DNA from: Anthoceros angustus
Lineage: Eukaryota > Plantae > Anthocerotophyta
Direction of reading: 5' to 3'
Assembly (NCBI GenBank): GCA_010909165.1
Contig: MU008178.1
Coordinates: 632,369-696,368, forward strand
Length of the DNA stretch: 64,000 nucleotides
Below are positions 1-12,966 of this stretch, one piece after another. Under the pieces are notes generated by a model. It was not told where the DNA came from, searched no databases, and saw only the letters and a list, made by a program, of their open reading frames with translations. Positions within the stretch are counted from its first letter, which is position 1. Each line of letters opens with the position of its first letter. Position numbers and translations under genes: made by a program.

Positions 1-455
1 AGACTTGAGAGACCAAAAAACACGGGCTCAAGGCCACACACACACTGTTTAGGCTTGAGAGACCAAAGGAGAAACATGGGATCAAGGCCACACACGCCAG
101 TTTAGGCTGAGACCAAAAGAGAAACATGGGCGCCAAGGCCACACACCGCCAGCTTTAGACTTGAGAGACCAAAAAACACGGCAAATCAAGGCCACACACG
201 CTTTAGGCTTGAGAGACCAAAAGAAACACAAGCAACACACACACTGCATGTTTAGGCAGCGAGACCAATAGAAAAATACGGCATCAAGGCCACACACTTG
301 CGGCTTTAGGCTTGAGACCAAAAGAGAACATCGGATCAAGGCCACACACTTGCTTAGGCTTGAGACAAAAGAGAAACATCGGCATAAGGCCACACACTTG
401 CCTGCGTGCTTGAGAGACCAAAAGAGAAACATTGGGCGACAATCAAGGCCACACA
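1..455. repeat. Tandem repeat, ~58-62 bp unit, about 7-8 copies, running off the window start
   Basis: Recurring unit approx. TTAGGCTTGAGAGACCAAAAGAGAAACA(C/T)GG..ATCAAGGCCACACAC, read directly. Confidence 0.9.
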
Positions 456-894
456 CCTACCGGACAAGCTTATGAAAGTAAAAGCAGTCGTTTCAACTAA
501 AACCAAGAACACGATTCTAGATGAATGTCCATGTGGAATGACGTGCATTTGGGCGCTCCCTTTAATTCGATTTCTCCTTGGCAATTGCGCGGATCTCGTC
601 CGCCATCTCCTCCTCCACTGGATTTTCCACTTCTTGCTGCTCCATCAGGCCGCACTTCTTCAAACCGAGAACCAACATTGTGGAAGGGTTAGGAGTAGGA
701 GTGGCCGGAGGTGGCATGGGAGATCCTCCGGATTGAAGGTCTGCAAGTTTTGAGCCAGTGTCACGGACAAGGAGGAGGTGCTTCTGCCTTCTTCGCTATC
801 ATCTTTCTCAAAAGGTCCTGCGTGTGCACATAAGCCATCAGGCCTTGTTCTCTCATCCGAAGACCTAAGAGGAGGTGGTGGTGACTTGAGAGAG

Positions 895-1075
895 GCTGCT
901 CCTCCACGGCATCGAGTGCTCTTCCACAGGAAAGCCGCCATGGGATTAGCGGGCGCCGGTACTCCTCCACGGCATCGAGGCGGCGCTCCTCCTCCACGGC
1001 ATTAGAGGAGGCTGCTCCTCCACGGCATCGGGAGGCTGCTCCTCCTCCACCACGGAGGAGGCGCTTGTTCCACCA
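895..1075. repeat. Short degenerate tandem repeat (CCTCCACGGCATCGAG core)
   Basis: Core repeated about 5 times; on the minus strand it encodes DAVEE-type low-complexity peptide. Confidence 0.7.
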
Positions 1076-1624
1076 CGGCGGATCGCCTCGCTTCCTACCA
1101 CACACAAGGAGAAAAGAAAAAGCCATCGCTTAGAGCTCATTATCATCACCGACCCTAGAGCTCGTAACTAGTTGAAGGCGATTCAAACCTTTGCCGAAAG
1201 TGCGTGCTAAAAAGCCGCTTGATGCACAACTCACATTTGAAGGGGGATGATGAGCCTTGTTTTGAGAGTGTTGTGTTCACAGCCCATGTTGTAGAGCTAG
1301 GCTTGTCACACAAGCTTCTAAGTGCTCGGCGATCTGCGAGAGAGGGAGGCGGCCGACTCAACATGTGACCGCCGCTAAGCAAAGTCGCAATCTCTCTCTC
1401 AAGCAATCCTTGAAGCTGCCTGCAAAGCCAAGTCGACAATCTTAAGCAAACAAGGTGCAGGGCCTTGTGTACGGATGGACGTCAAATTCCGTGCTTCTTC
1501 TTCCGGCTTTACAAAGCCTTCCCGCACTTCTCATGGCCTTCCGCTTCTAAAATGTGCAGAGGCATGGTTGGCTTCCCGCGCTTCTCTCAACACATAGACT
1601 CAATTATAATACACAGGCTCTCAT

Positions 1625-1925
1625 CACACACCCCGGCGGCTGCATGGCCTCAATTACACTACATACAAGCTCCCCACTCCACACACATCCCGATGGCAAG
1701 CCCGGCTCTCACACACCCCGATGGTGGCCCCATGGCCTCAATTACACTAGCTACACAAGCTCCCCACCTCACACACCCGATGGTGCCGCATGGCCTCAAT
1801 TACACTAGCTACACAAGCTCCCCACCTCACATACCCCGATGGCAAGCCGCATGGCCTCAAGTACACTAGCCGCACAAGCTCCCCACGCCACACACCGATG
1901 GCAAGCCCGGTTCTCACACACCGAG
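1625..1925. repeat. Tandem repeat, ~57-60 bp unit
   Basis: Unit GCATGGCCTCAATTACACTAGCTACACAAGCTCCCCACCTCACACACCCGATGG occurs about 4 times. Confidence 0.85.
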
Positions 1926-2852
1926 GGCAATCGACATACAGGCTCTCAACACATACGCCGTATGTAAACATCTACTTGTATAGACATGAACCCGCCTTTA
2001 TATCAGTATTTGTGTGCAAGCATGTTCCCGCCTTGGACAAGATCTTGCATGCATTGCACCCGCCTCACCTGCCTTGTGCACCTGCGTCACCTACCTCGTG
2101 CACTGCAGGTGCTGGTGAGTTTGTGTGAAACGACTTTGAAACTACTATTTGCAACGCGCTCCGTTGTTAAGTCGGAAACTATTACCATTTACAACACACT
2201 CCGTTGTAAAATTAGAAACTATTACTATTTACAACGTTGAGTTCACTTTTACGTTCTAAAATCTCTAGTAGGTAAAAGTGGTACACATATGGAACGCACA
2301 AAGGAAACTAAGAGACCCTCTCTTCACCGTGCGGCTCGTTTCTCAAGAAAGGTCGGCCACGGCGCTTAGGATCGGTCATGCGCACAAACCGATCCCCTAC
2401 ATTCTTGTGTACATACGTATCTACAGTTCACCTTAGTTCATGGTAGGCAAAGAAAGATGCTCACCTCACTGGTGCCCAAGGTGGATCGAAATGGCTATGG
2501 AAATTTGTGCATGTTCACCGAGGGGTGGTGCTTTTGAACATATGGTTGGAAAGAGGAGGTCATCACGGTAATTGTGGTGTTGAGAACATTGCGTCGATTT
2601 TCTTGTAATTAGAAATTCATAATAATGAAAAACGCCAAAATGGGGCAAAAGGCAGGCCTTGGGGTTAAGCATGCTCGGCTCCACGGCACACTGTGCAAAA
2701 GTTCTCGGCTTCTTAGTGGCGAACACTTCGGCTTAGTTGAGAAAACTAGATTGCAAACTAGCCGGTGGAGTGGAGCCGCGGGCGCAGAACGAATCCCGAC
2801 GCCTCGAGAACCAAGTAATAAACTTCGGGTGAGGTTTAGGCTACTGTCGTAC

Positions 2853-3185
2853 ACATACTCCGTGATGCTCGCACGTATTCACATCCCATCGTAACAATCC
2901 CTTCATAATCACCGCACAATGTGCGACTTTATGTACTTGTTCCAACTCAGACAACTCAATTTGGAGCGGGTAGACATTTCTACCACGGGACAATGCACAT
3001 CAGCCATGTCATTGACCACCGTTGCAAACTCAAACACTTTTATCCTCCTTGATACTCCAGCAGTGGCAAATAGCTCGTCATCCCGATCAAACTCAATGCT
3101 GGACACAATATTGGAGGAGTGGAAGAGGTCCCCATGCCGCAACTCTGCAATTACCCGAAGGCGGCTGTAACGGGTGAAAGCATAT
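2853..3185 (-). pseudogene. COP1: Isolated intronless fragment of the COP1 E3 ligase WD40 region
   Basis: AFTRYSRLRVIAELRHGDLFHSSNIVSSIEFDRDDELFATAGVSRRIKVFEFATVVNDMADVHCPVVEMSTRSKLSCLSWNKYIKSHI, continuing across frameshifts as DYEGIVT.WDVNT..SITEY. This closely matches plant COP1. No RING, coiled-coil or other exons were seen nearby. Confidence 0.88.
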
Positions 3186-3939
3186 GAGTGATGAGGTTTT
3201 GATGGTGACCCATGCAAGCCTACAAATAAAGCTTTAATGCTTCTTTCCTTTTGAGGGAAACCATTGGCATGAAAATGGCATGATATGACAAACGGAGTGC
3301 TTGAGCACAGGGGCTGCTTAGCGTAGTGTGCTCCTCGGAGATATTTTGATGGCAGATAGAGGGATTGTATGGAGCGTAGCTATGTTGTCCCTTAGGTGCT
3401 TTCAAGGCTATTGCTTGGGAATCGTGCCCCTTTAATGTGTAAAAGATCCGGTGGGAATGAATAGAATAAGGGGCTAAAGGGCAATGCTTCCTCGGCCATC
3501 CACTTGAGCCCGAGTCTTAAAACCTCCGATTCGCCCCTCCTTAAACGGTCTAAAGAATTTAAGTCTTCTTGGCACTCATCATCATGCCGCTTGTTGATGT
3601 TGCCGATGCAAGCGGCTAGGCGGTACCTAATGAGAGTTCAATCCTCGATCGCACACCGTAACGCATTTCGAGGTTCCGCATTAACACCGCCCACACCACT
3701 CAGACATCGCCGAGACAGTTGAAAGACCCACATATGGTTTCTTTGACGCCATGGAGTTTGAGAGTAAGGGGCTCCTTGGGGCTGTCACTTTGTTCTGCTT
3801 TCCAGTAGCGAACTCGAGACACTATAGTTTTATAGCTGATCCGTTCCTGCGCGAATCGACAGGCACTCAAAGTGAGCGCACACACTTGAGCCGATTGTGT
3901 TTGTCCGACCGATTGTGAACTCGGTTGTGAACTCCGATT

Positions 3940-4649
3940 GTGTTAAGCCCGACCCGCCGTGCGCGCGGCGTGGCGCCGACAACGGCAGCGGCGCGTGAGA
4001 ACCATCCGGAGGTGATGGCAGCCGACAACCTGGCGGCGCCGGCGGCCGAGGACCTTCCGGAGGTGGATCCCCAGCGTCAGGAGGAGACGCGTGATGAAGA
4101 GGAGGTGATGCCTGTGAATTGTGCAAACTTTGACCCTTGTGACAAGGGTTGTGTAACATTGCGTCCGCTTCCTAGCCTTCCTCGGAGAAAGAGAAGGGTC
4201 CCACCCCTTCCAGATGGAACTCGTCCTTGTTTTTTTGGTCACATGCTTCCACGCGGCACGCCTTCAGTGCAGGCTATCATCACAGTTGGTACTACTCTCG
4301 ATCCAGGGTCTCCAAGGGCTTACTTTTGTGAAGAAACGGAACTCTGGATGACTCGACTTGACTGGGAGAAATAGATCTTGTGCCCGAACCTAATCATCTC
4401 CTTCTATCGTAAGTGTAAAAGTCTGTGAGTGATCTGCTTTGCATGATAAATGCTAATAACAGATTTTTGTTTGTGGCTCAAGGTTTTAATCGGCATCACG
4501 AATGGAGCAGACGAGCCACCTTCCGCTTTTGTGAAGACTATGCTCGATACGGACCAGAGCGGATCCGAGTGATAATGAACTCATCACAAATGTGGTTTCG
4601 TAGTCTACCCAAGTCACGCGAGGTTGGCAAAGACGATCGCCTATCGTGA
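3940..4649 (+). CDS. Possible two-exon ORF of unknown function
   Basis: ORF 3940-4374 followed by a GTAAGT...GCTAAT...AG intron-like segment (~4409-4482) and an open frame to 4649; no recognisable domain. Confidence 0.25.
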
Positions 4650-5671
4650 TGTAAAAGTCGTCGAGCTTTTGATATAAAGTTGCTCACACATTTCACAATC
4701 TTGAGTCCCACGCAAATAAGGAAAGGCTTGCGCCTTAAGTAAGCTAAGGCTATATCAATAGCACACTACGGTGCTTTACGAATGCTTTGCAATTGCCCAA
4801 ATCAAGGTAACGCTAGCTAGCGCTTTGGACCGACCGCCGCACTTGTAAGAGGCCAAGCCGCTGCGTTTCGCGGCATCGATCGTAAGAGGCCAAGCCGCCT
4901 TCCATTGTGCGTGCGAGGGCCTTCTCATAGCAAGGGTCGCACCATCCGCGCGATGCTAGATAGCTACAAGTCCGCTGGGTGTGGTGCTTTGCAAAGCGCC
5001 GAGTATTGTCGAAGTTGCATGCAATTGCTCATGATTAGAATTGCTGCGAGTGCGTTGCAAATGTTGCTGCGAGTGCGTTGATAAGAGAGCGTTGCAAATT
5101 TCCCAAACCGATTTGCAACGCCTCGTGTTGTAAAGCGCTTTGGATTGACCGCCTAACAAGCACCGATGAAGAGGCCTTTCTCTTGTCCCAGCTACTAACC
5201 ATCCACTACATAGCTAGAAGGGCCTTCCATCGTGCGTGGCGAGGGCCTTCTAGTAGCAAGGGTCAATAAAAAACACGGTGCACACCTAAATCGACCATCC
5301 ATCCGGATGCTAGATAGCTACAAGTCCGCTGCAGGTCTATGCTCTTTGTAAAGCGTTTTGAGTATCGCGTTATCGGTTGCATGGAATTGCTCTAGATTAG
5401 AATTGGCTCGATTTATGCGGATTTACGCCGACACGGAGGTTGGAGCGAGGGGCCGAGCACTTCATCGAAGGTAGCCTGCACTTTCCAACGTGCTCGGTGA
5501 AGGCAGGCAAGTGTTGTCGCTTAAGCTAACCCACGATCATTGTTGAGGGTAGGTCCTTATGGATCGCTCGAGATTTAAGCGCCCAAATATCCAATATATT
5601 TTCCAAAATGTTGGTGCAAAGAGTGCAAGGCGAGTTCTGAGCTAACCAAGCACGTAAACATTTGCGCAAGA

Positions 5672-6418
5672 ATGGACCTTACCTCCCAGAATGAAGTCCC
5701 GGTGGAGAACCGCAAAGAGATGAAGAACGAGGAGGAGAAGGAGGACGAGGAGGAGAAGAAGAACGAGGAGGAGAAGGAGGACGAGGAGAAGGAGGAGGAG
5801 GAGAGGAAGGAGGAGAAGAAATAGCAGAACAAGGAGAACCACCCGTAGCCACAACTGTGAGTTGCAGTCCTTTTCTTCTATGCTAGGAAATAAACTAATG
5901 AAGTAATTATGGAGCCCTTTTCTTCTATGCTAGAAAATACAATAATAAAGCAATTATATAATATTATCTATAGAATAATTACGATGTGGCATACTAATTG
6001 TGGTAAGTATGTTTCTTGTTATATTAAAGGTAGTTTAATTATTCATATGTGTAATTATGGTTGTTTTTTTATAGTTGGAAGGAGTTTGTGTTTGCATGTT
6101 ATAACAAGTGTAACGAGGAGGACACATGGCTTTGCGGTGTAGGAAAACCTTTGGATGGAAAGGCGGACCGCGGACCCTTTATTGCACCTCCTTATCATCC
6201 AAAAGAGGGGAAGATCCAAAGTCTCATGATGCTATTGTTTTATACAAGCATCTTTTGAAAGGCGTGTACCCTAGAGAATGGGGAATGTGGGAGAAGGGAC
6301 CTATTCCTATTAACAAGTCATTTCTATATTGGGGGCGAAGGTGGATAGTGAAGGAGGCAACAAACCCAGCCATGGGGTTGGGTTTATTTTCCATGGAGAA
6401 AATCGTAGTGAGAAAAGA
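5672..6418 (+). pseudogene. 5' part of a SET-domain protein gene (acidic E/K-rich N-terminus plus start of SET)
   Basis: ATG at 5672 into an E/K-rich tract, a probable AT-rich intron to ~6074, then ...WIVKEATNPAMGLGLFSMEKIVVRKD (SET GxG motif), ending exactly at the element insertion. Confidence 0.65.
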
Positions 6419-6478
6419 CCCTACTAGAAATGGCAGCCCATGTTACACTTTATGTTAAGATTTGGACCCCTGGATGTA

Positions 6479-9400
6479 ACACTCATGTTGCAATTTTGGG
6501 GTCATGTAACACTTTTTGGGCCCCTTGTTACACTTTGGCTTGGAAACCATACCACGTTGTTGCAATCATGTTGCAATAGTGTTGCAATTATGTTAAGATG
6601 AAGTGAGAGGTGGTTTTGCCCTCTCTCAAAATTGCAACATGATTGTAATATATAAAGTGTTACAAGAAAAGTCTTGTAACACTTTTGGAGGCTTGGTACC
6701 GAACCTCCTCCCCATCCACCATTGCCTTTTACTTTTGCCCTTGAAATACCACGTTTTACTTGGTATTTACCACCGATACACCCTTCAATATGACCATATA
6801 CAAATACCGTATCAATACATCCTTGTACTATACGCATGTAATCTACGGTAATAAATGTACTATATTATTCTAAGTGCTATACGTATTCAATTTCATATAA
6901 AATAAGTTTGTATATTACGTATTACATACATAACGGTCCGTATATATTCATGGTACCATACTTTGTATTTACTATACGTGTAAATAGCGACGCCTTTATA
7001 CCCCTACTTTATAGCATGCGTGCGGTTTGTCCTTCCCACATCACCAATAGCCATCGGCTCATGGCGCCCAAGAAGATATTGTCCCCACCTATCACCCATC
7101 GCACGATCGAGGTAATGCTGATCATCATGTTAGCTAGTTACGCAACAACTGAAAAATTTGACAGAAATCAAGATAACAGGTCTTGGCCTCGACCTTGCAA
7201 TGCTCGCAAGTACAAGATCATGCGCTGTACACATGATCCCGCCCGCCACAATCCTTCACCAACATCATGTCACATTGGTTACGATCACTGAAAAATTGAA
7301 TCACGATGAAACGGGTCTCTACTTGAAATCACATGGAACGGGCCTCCTCCTCTTCCTTCCTCTCCCCTTCTCCTTCTTCCCATCTCCCCATCTCCCCTCC
7401 TTCCTCCCCTTCTCCTTATAAAGCTTGACCCTCAAGCCGTGGCAAAAGAACATAGTTTTGAACATTTTCACCTTAGTTATAATAGTTGAGACGCATGTCT
7501 GCATCTCAAGCTCGTGACTAGTTGCATTCCTTTCATCAGTGCAACAACGACAAGCATGTCGATTTGTAAGGTGGACGGAAATTGCACAAGCTACATTGCA
7601 AGCCGCGAACAACTTCAGGACATTAATCCCACCCATCTCTTCGATTTTCCATCACCGCCTCGAGAGCCTTTCCATCAAAAGTCAAGCTACCACATTCTCT
7701 CGCCCACCGCAAAACGCAATCTAATAATTTGAACAAGCGAGACCACACGAGCAAACTAAGGACAAAACAAAGCAATACATACCGAAATCAATAAAGTTCG
7801 GTTCACACCTTCCTCGGGATTTGAGCAAGCGATACCACACATGATCAAATTCCTACATTGAGAACAAACAAGTTTCACTCCATGAACCTTACAATGCATA
7901 AGCCATACATGCGTGGTGGTCCAACATGGTAAAGATGGACGGAAAAAGCGTTAACTCCAAGAAGCTAAGCATAAAACCATGGAAGCTGTCCTCCAATTGC
8001 ACCGCCACCGCACTCCATTCACGTGCGCCAACGAGCTTAGACTCGATTAGATGACAGACCTGCGGGGAGCCGAGCTCGAAAGAGTCCGTCCGCAACTACG
8101 GTGAAATAACGTGGAAACAAAGTCAATTGGCCATGTGTCCATGGCGAGCAAAAATGGAAGCACGGCGAGCTGAAAAAGTATCCCAAGTAAGAGGTCGACA
8201 TTACCATCCCCGCCACCGGTGGGTTCTCAATTCGAGCTCGAAAGTCCTCATCCGCCTCACCCGCCTAAACACGTTGCTCAACCATGATCCGACCGGACAC
8301 TCATGTTGCAATTTTGGGGTCATGTAACACTTTTGGGCCCCTTGTTACACTTTTGGCTTGGAAACCATACCACGTTGTTGCAATCATGTTGCAATAGTGT
8401 TGCAATTATGTTAAGATGAAGTGAGAGGTGGTTTTGCCCTCTCTCAAAATTGCAACATGATTGTAATATATAAAGTGTTACAAGAAAAGTCTTGTAACAC
8501 TTTTGGAGGCTTGGTACCGAACCTCCTCCCCATCCACCATTGCCTTTTACTTTTGCCCTTGAAATACCACGTTTTACTTGGTATTTACCACCGATACACC
8601 CTTCAATATGACCATATACAAATACCGTATCAATACATCCTTGTACTATACGCATGTAATCTACTAATAAATGTACTATATTATTCTAAGTGCTATACGT
8701 ATTCAATTTCATATAAAATAAGTTTGTATATTACGCGTATTACATACATAATCGGTCCATACATATTCATGGTACCATACTTTGTATTTACTATACGTGT
8801 AAATAGCGACGCCTTTATACCCCTACTTTATAGCATGCGTGCGGTTTGTCCTTCCCACATCACCAATAGCCATCCTCGCCATGGCGCCCAAGAAGATATT
8901 GTCCCCACCTATCACCTCACGTGACATCACCGTGAGGTAACTGCTGATCATTAGCTAGTTACGCAACAACGAAAATTTGACAGAAATCACGACGGAAGTC
9001 TTGGCCTCGACCTTGCAATGCTCGCAAGTACAAGATCCGCTTGCGGCTGTACACATGATCCCGCCACAATCCTTCACCAACATCATGTCACATTGGTTAC
9101 GCATCACTGAAAAATTGAATCACAAGATGAAACGGGTCTCTACTTGAAATCACTGGAACGGGCCTCCTCCTCTTCCTTCCTCTCCCCTTCTCCTTCTTCC
9201 CATCTCCCCTCATCTCCCCTCCTTCCTCCCCTTCTCCTTATAAAGCTTGACCCTCAAGCCGTGGCAAAAGAACATAGTTTTGAACATTTTCACCTTAGTT
9301 ATAATAGTTGAGACGTGCATGTCATCTCAAGCTCTGACTAGTTGCATTCCTTTCATCGTGCAACAACGACAAGCATGTCGACGTAAGGTGGACGGAAATT

Positions 9401-10100
9401 GCACAAGCTACATTGCCGAACAACTTGGACATTAATCCCACCCATCTCTTCCCGATTTTCCATCACCGCCTCGAGAGCCTTTCCATCAAAAGTCAAGCTA
9501 CCACATTCTCTCGCCCACCGCAAAACGCAATCTAATAATTTGAACAAGCGAGACCAGACACTGAGCAAACTAAGGACAAAACAAAGTACATACAGAAATC
9601 AATAAAGTTCGGTTCACACCTTCCTCGGGATTTGAGCAAGCGTATACCACACATGATCAAATTCCTACATTGAGAACAAACAAGTTTCACTCCATGAACC
9701 TTACAATGCATAAGTCATATGCGGTGGTCCAACATGGTAAAGATGGACGGAAAAAGCGTTAACTCCAAGAAGCTAAGCATAAAACCATGGAAGCTGTCCT
9801 CCAATTGCACCGCCACCGGCACTCCATTCACGTGCGCCAACGAGCTTAGACTCGATTAGATGAGACTGCGATTTGGGCGGGCCGAGCTCGAAAGAGTCCG
9901 TCCGCAACTACGGTGAAATAACGAGGGAAACAAAGTCAATTGGCCATGTGTCCGATGGCGAGCAAAAATGGAAGCACTGAAAAAGTATCCCAAGTAAGAG
10001 GTCGACCATCCTCGCCAGGTGGGTTCAATTCGAGCTCGAAAGTCCTCATCCGCCTCACCCGCCTAAACACGTTGCTCAACCATGATCCAGATCCGGACAC
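6479..10100. repeat. ~1.8-kb tandem duplication inside the CCCTA element
   Basis: 6479-8296 is nearly identical to 8297-~10100; the ORFs at 6502-6837 and 8320-8655 give near-identical translations. Confidence 0.92.
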
Positions 10101-10944
10101 GGTTCATGGATCTTCCTTGATGCCACTTTCCTCTCGGCGAGGTTTGCTCCAAAATGCCCTCGGTGAGTTCTCCGCCTCCTTGTGCTCGCACCACACGCAC
10201 TCTTCCCCGCAGTGATCCGGACTTGTTGGTGTTTATTTTCACCGCTTTTCTCGCTTGAAGCACATCACACCAAGCGCAATCGCAGGGCATGTGGATGTCG
10301 GGCACAATTGGAAAGACTATCCATCCTCTAACGATTCTTTGCAATGGATCGCAGATGGCGATTGAAACCCATTCCTCGTAGACCGTACCAAAGATCCGCA
10401 CCATCGTGAGAAAGGAGTGAGCACCGGTGGACGCCAAGAATGTCCGTGTGACATCAAATCGATTCGTACAAAACCAAGTTGGCGCCGATCCGGTGAACCG
10501 GACCCACAAATGAGGAGGAGCAGATCCGGTCCGGACCAAGAGTGAAAGCGTGATCCGGTCGGAAAAGATAGAAGAGGAGGAGATGTTTGTGCAATCGCTA
10601 GCAAAGGTGAGTGGCATCTTGCCACCGCGCCGGGTTGTGAAACGCCTAGGCCGTTGAACACCGCACACGGCAACATTGGGCGATAAGCGCATTCGCTTGC
10701 CGAACGTGGACGCCACGCCATCGACGTATGCTGCACGTACACCACACCGCGAGGCCCCACCGTCACCACGCCGCCTCCTTTCAAATTCGCAATCAAAATT
10801 TGGGTAGGTGGTAAGAACCGTAGTCGAGTCAAAATGTCCGTCATATCCATGTTGGAAAGTAAAGGAAAACTTACATACTCGAGAAATGGTATCTGCAACG
10901 GTGGGGAGGGAGCGCAACACTGGATGAGTTGAAGTGGGTAGCAA
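10063..10944 (-). CDS. 293-aa ORF of unknown function inside the CCCTA element
   Basis: Longest open frame in the element; no domain recognised. Confidence 0.25.
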   Translation of the reverse strand: MLPTSTHPVLRSLPTVADTISRVCKFSFTFQHGYDGHFDSTTVLTTYPNFDCEFERRRRGDGGASRCGVRAAYVDGVASTFGKRMRLSPNVAVCGVQRPRRFTTRRGGKMPLTFASDCTNISSSSIFSDRITLSLLVRTGSAPPHLWVRFTGSAPTWFCTNRFDVTRTFLASTGAHSFLTMVRIFGTVYEEWVSIAICDPLQRIVRGWIVFPIVPDIHMPCDCAWCDVLQARKAVKINTNKSGSLRGRVRVVRAQGGGELTEGILEQTSPRGKWHQGRSMNRVRIWIMVEQRV

Positions 10945-12551
10945 GGCATGGATTGGAGAGCATGCCGGAGTACTGGAGTGGTATAGTGGTCGTTGAGGGT
11001 TAATGGAATGCTTAGTTGTGCGAAAGGTTGGTGCGACGTGGTGATATGTAGGACGTGAGCTCTAAGTGATGTGTGTGCATGACTGTAGGGCAGAAGGGGA
11101 AGGGAAAGCTGGTGGAAGGTGAAGGACATGTCAAGAAGGAAGGCACAGATACCAGTGGAGAGAAGGAAGATGGAGGAAAGGTGGCAAACAGGGGAGTGTC
11201 ACCGTCAAGTGATGCCGGAGGCAACGTAGATGGTGGGGGAACCTGGATGTGTGATGGCATTGTCACCGACAAGGCGTATCACACGACCGTGTCTAAAAGC
11301 GTGAGTCACCGAGCCGACGTTGGAGTCGCCAAGATGGGTGGACCGGTGATGGTCAATCGAACAAAAGAGGAAATTGGTCTTCCCACCTTTGTAGCCTAGC
11401 ATTTACAGGGTCCTCTGCCGTTAAAGTGGTAATTGAGGTCACTGGATAGGTCTAGGAAGTTGTGGAGGAACCCCGAAAACAATGGTGTTGGTCAAAGAGT
11501 CACCAAGTGACGTCGGCCGCTTTAGTTTAGAGGCACATGTTTGTATTGCACGCAAGACGCATATGTTCATATCACTTGAAAGACGACATGTTCGTAGTTA
11601 AAGCCAATGACATCGGTGGCAACAAAGTGAAAGGGATAGAGGACGCTTGAAGTGTCCAAAATTCCAATTAATTTGTCAATAAAATCAAACATATATATAT
11701 GCAAGGTATGAGAGTGAGTAAGGGTTAGCACATACATATTAGTACATAAACAAGTCTTGAAGCCTATATACGTATATACGATACAAAGGAGGTACATATA
11801 AGTACACTAATATAATATAAGTCCACTAATATAATATAAGTATATCAAGGATGTGTACATATATATGTACACATACTTACATATGCAAAGGATATGCAAA
11901 GGAGGTAAAATAGGAAGAGAAGGATACCCCGGGAGATAGAGGTCCTTGTTACAATCATATTACAAGAGGAAGAGGGGAAGAGTATAAAATGGTTGTGATA
12001 GGGGAGCTCCTTCTCACAGTCATGATGGAGGAGAAGAAGTAAAAGAGTATAAAAAGGGTGTGATAAGGGGAGCAATAACTAGCAGGGTGAGGTGAGAGGA
12101 GAGAGACCAAGCATTGTGTTAAGATGGTGTGAGAAGGTGGATAAGAAATTGACACCTTGAACACCAAGCCACCAAAGAGTGTTGCAATTTTGAAGTGGTA
12201 CATGAAGTGAGAGACCAAGCATTGTGTTAGGATGGTGGGAGAAGGAAGAGAAAAAATTGACCAAGTGAACACCAGGTCATCAAAACGTGTTGCAAGTTGG
12301 AAGTGTTACATAAAATTGCAACAACGACTGTAACAAGGGCAAGTGGGAAATTATTAACAATGCTTGTGAGAGAGGGGTGTCCATAAGGGTGAGGTGGGAA
12401 GAGAGAGTGCAAGGTTCGTGTTAAGATGGTTGCACTAAACGGGGACAGAACTGACAAACTTAATACCAAGCCTCCAAAACATGTTGCAATGTGGAGGTGT
12501 AACAAAAAATTGCAACATCGACTGTAACATAGGTGCCCTTTTCTAGTAGGG

Positions 12552-12966
12552 AGATAATGTGAATGGAGTTCCTTTGTTTGTGTTTGGGGGTCCAAAGTAT
12601 ACACAGGGAGAATATAACAAGATAGTGAACTACAACAGGTTACCAGATTTCCGGAAGTATGCATTGACTTTCAATAGACTCATGAAGATGTTAATGATGG
12701 CCCAATTGAGTACCTCGATGGGCATGTTGCATATGGGAATGTGGCAGATATATGAATAGTAGTAGTGGAAATATCGCAATCAAGCAAAATTGCATATGGG
12801 AAGAAAGGTCGGATGGGCATGAGCTACTAAGTGACGCACCATCTTGATTGGATTTGCACTTGGGCGTGAGGACCATTAATGCCGGGAAGAGTTGTTTGTT
12901 GATTACAATTGGTATAACCCCAACCATTTGAAGCCAAAAGGAAGGCCGTGCGTGAAGAGTACATAG
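12552..12966 (+). pseudogene. 3' part of the SET-domain gene
   Basis: (D)NVNGVPLFVFGGPKY...YLDGHVAYGNVA.YMNSS...QNCIW...VRTINAG.ELFVDYNW read across small frameshifts; matches the SET motifs D..GN..NHS and GEEL..DY; stop at 12964-12966. Confidence 0.75.

Larger units (their letters stand above)
6419..12551. mobile_element. CACTA/EnSpm-type element with CCCTA termini, apparently non-autonomous
   Basis: Left end CCCTACTAGAAA..CCCATGTTAC and right end GTAACATAGG..TTTCTAGTAGGG are inverted repeats; 3-bp TSD AGA (6416-6418 and 12552-12554); many TGTTGCAA/TGTAACA subterminal repeats; removal restores the SET reading frame. Confidence 0.88.

Noticed and set aside
1-455. Regularly spaced repeats resembling a CRISPR array (likewise 1625-1925 and 37540-37990)
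   Set aside because: Whole units are degenerate copies of each other with no unique spacers, there are no cas genes, and the context is eukaryotic
2149-2272. Possible right end of another CACTA-type element (TTTACAAC/GTTGTAAA repeats then CTAGTAGG)
   Set aside because: The terminus reads TAGGT rather than TAGTG/TAGGG, and no partner TIR or TSD is visible in the window
5575-5854. Hydrophobic Leu/Ser/Phe-rich minus-strand ORFs suggesting membrane proteins
   Set aside because: They are simply the reverse complement of the GAG/AAG purine-rich tract
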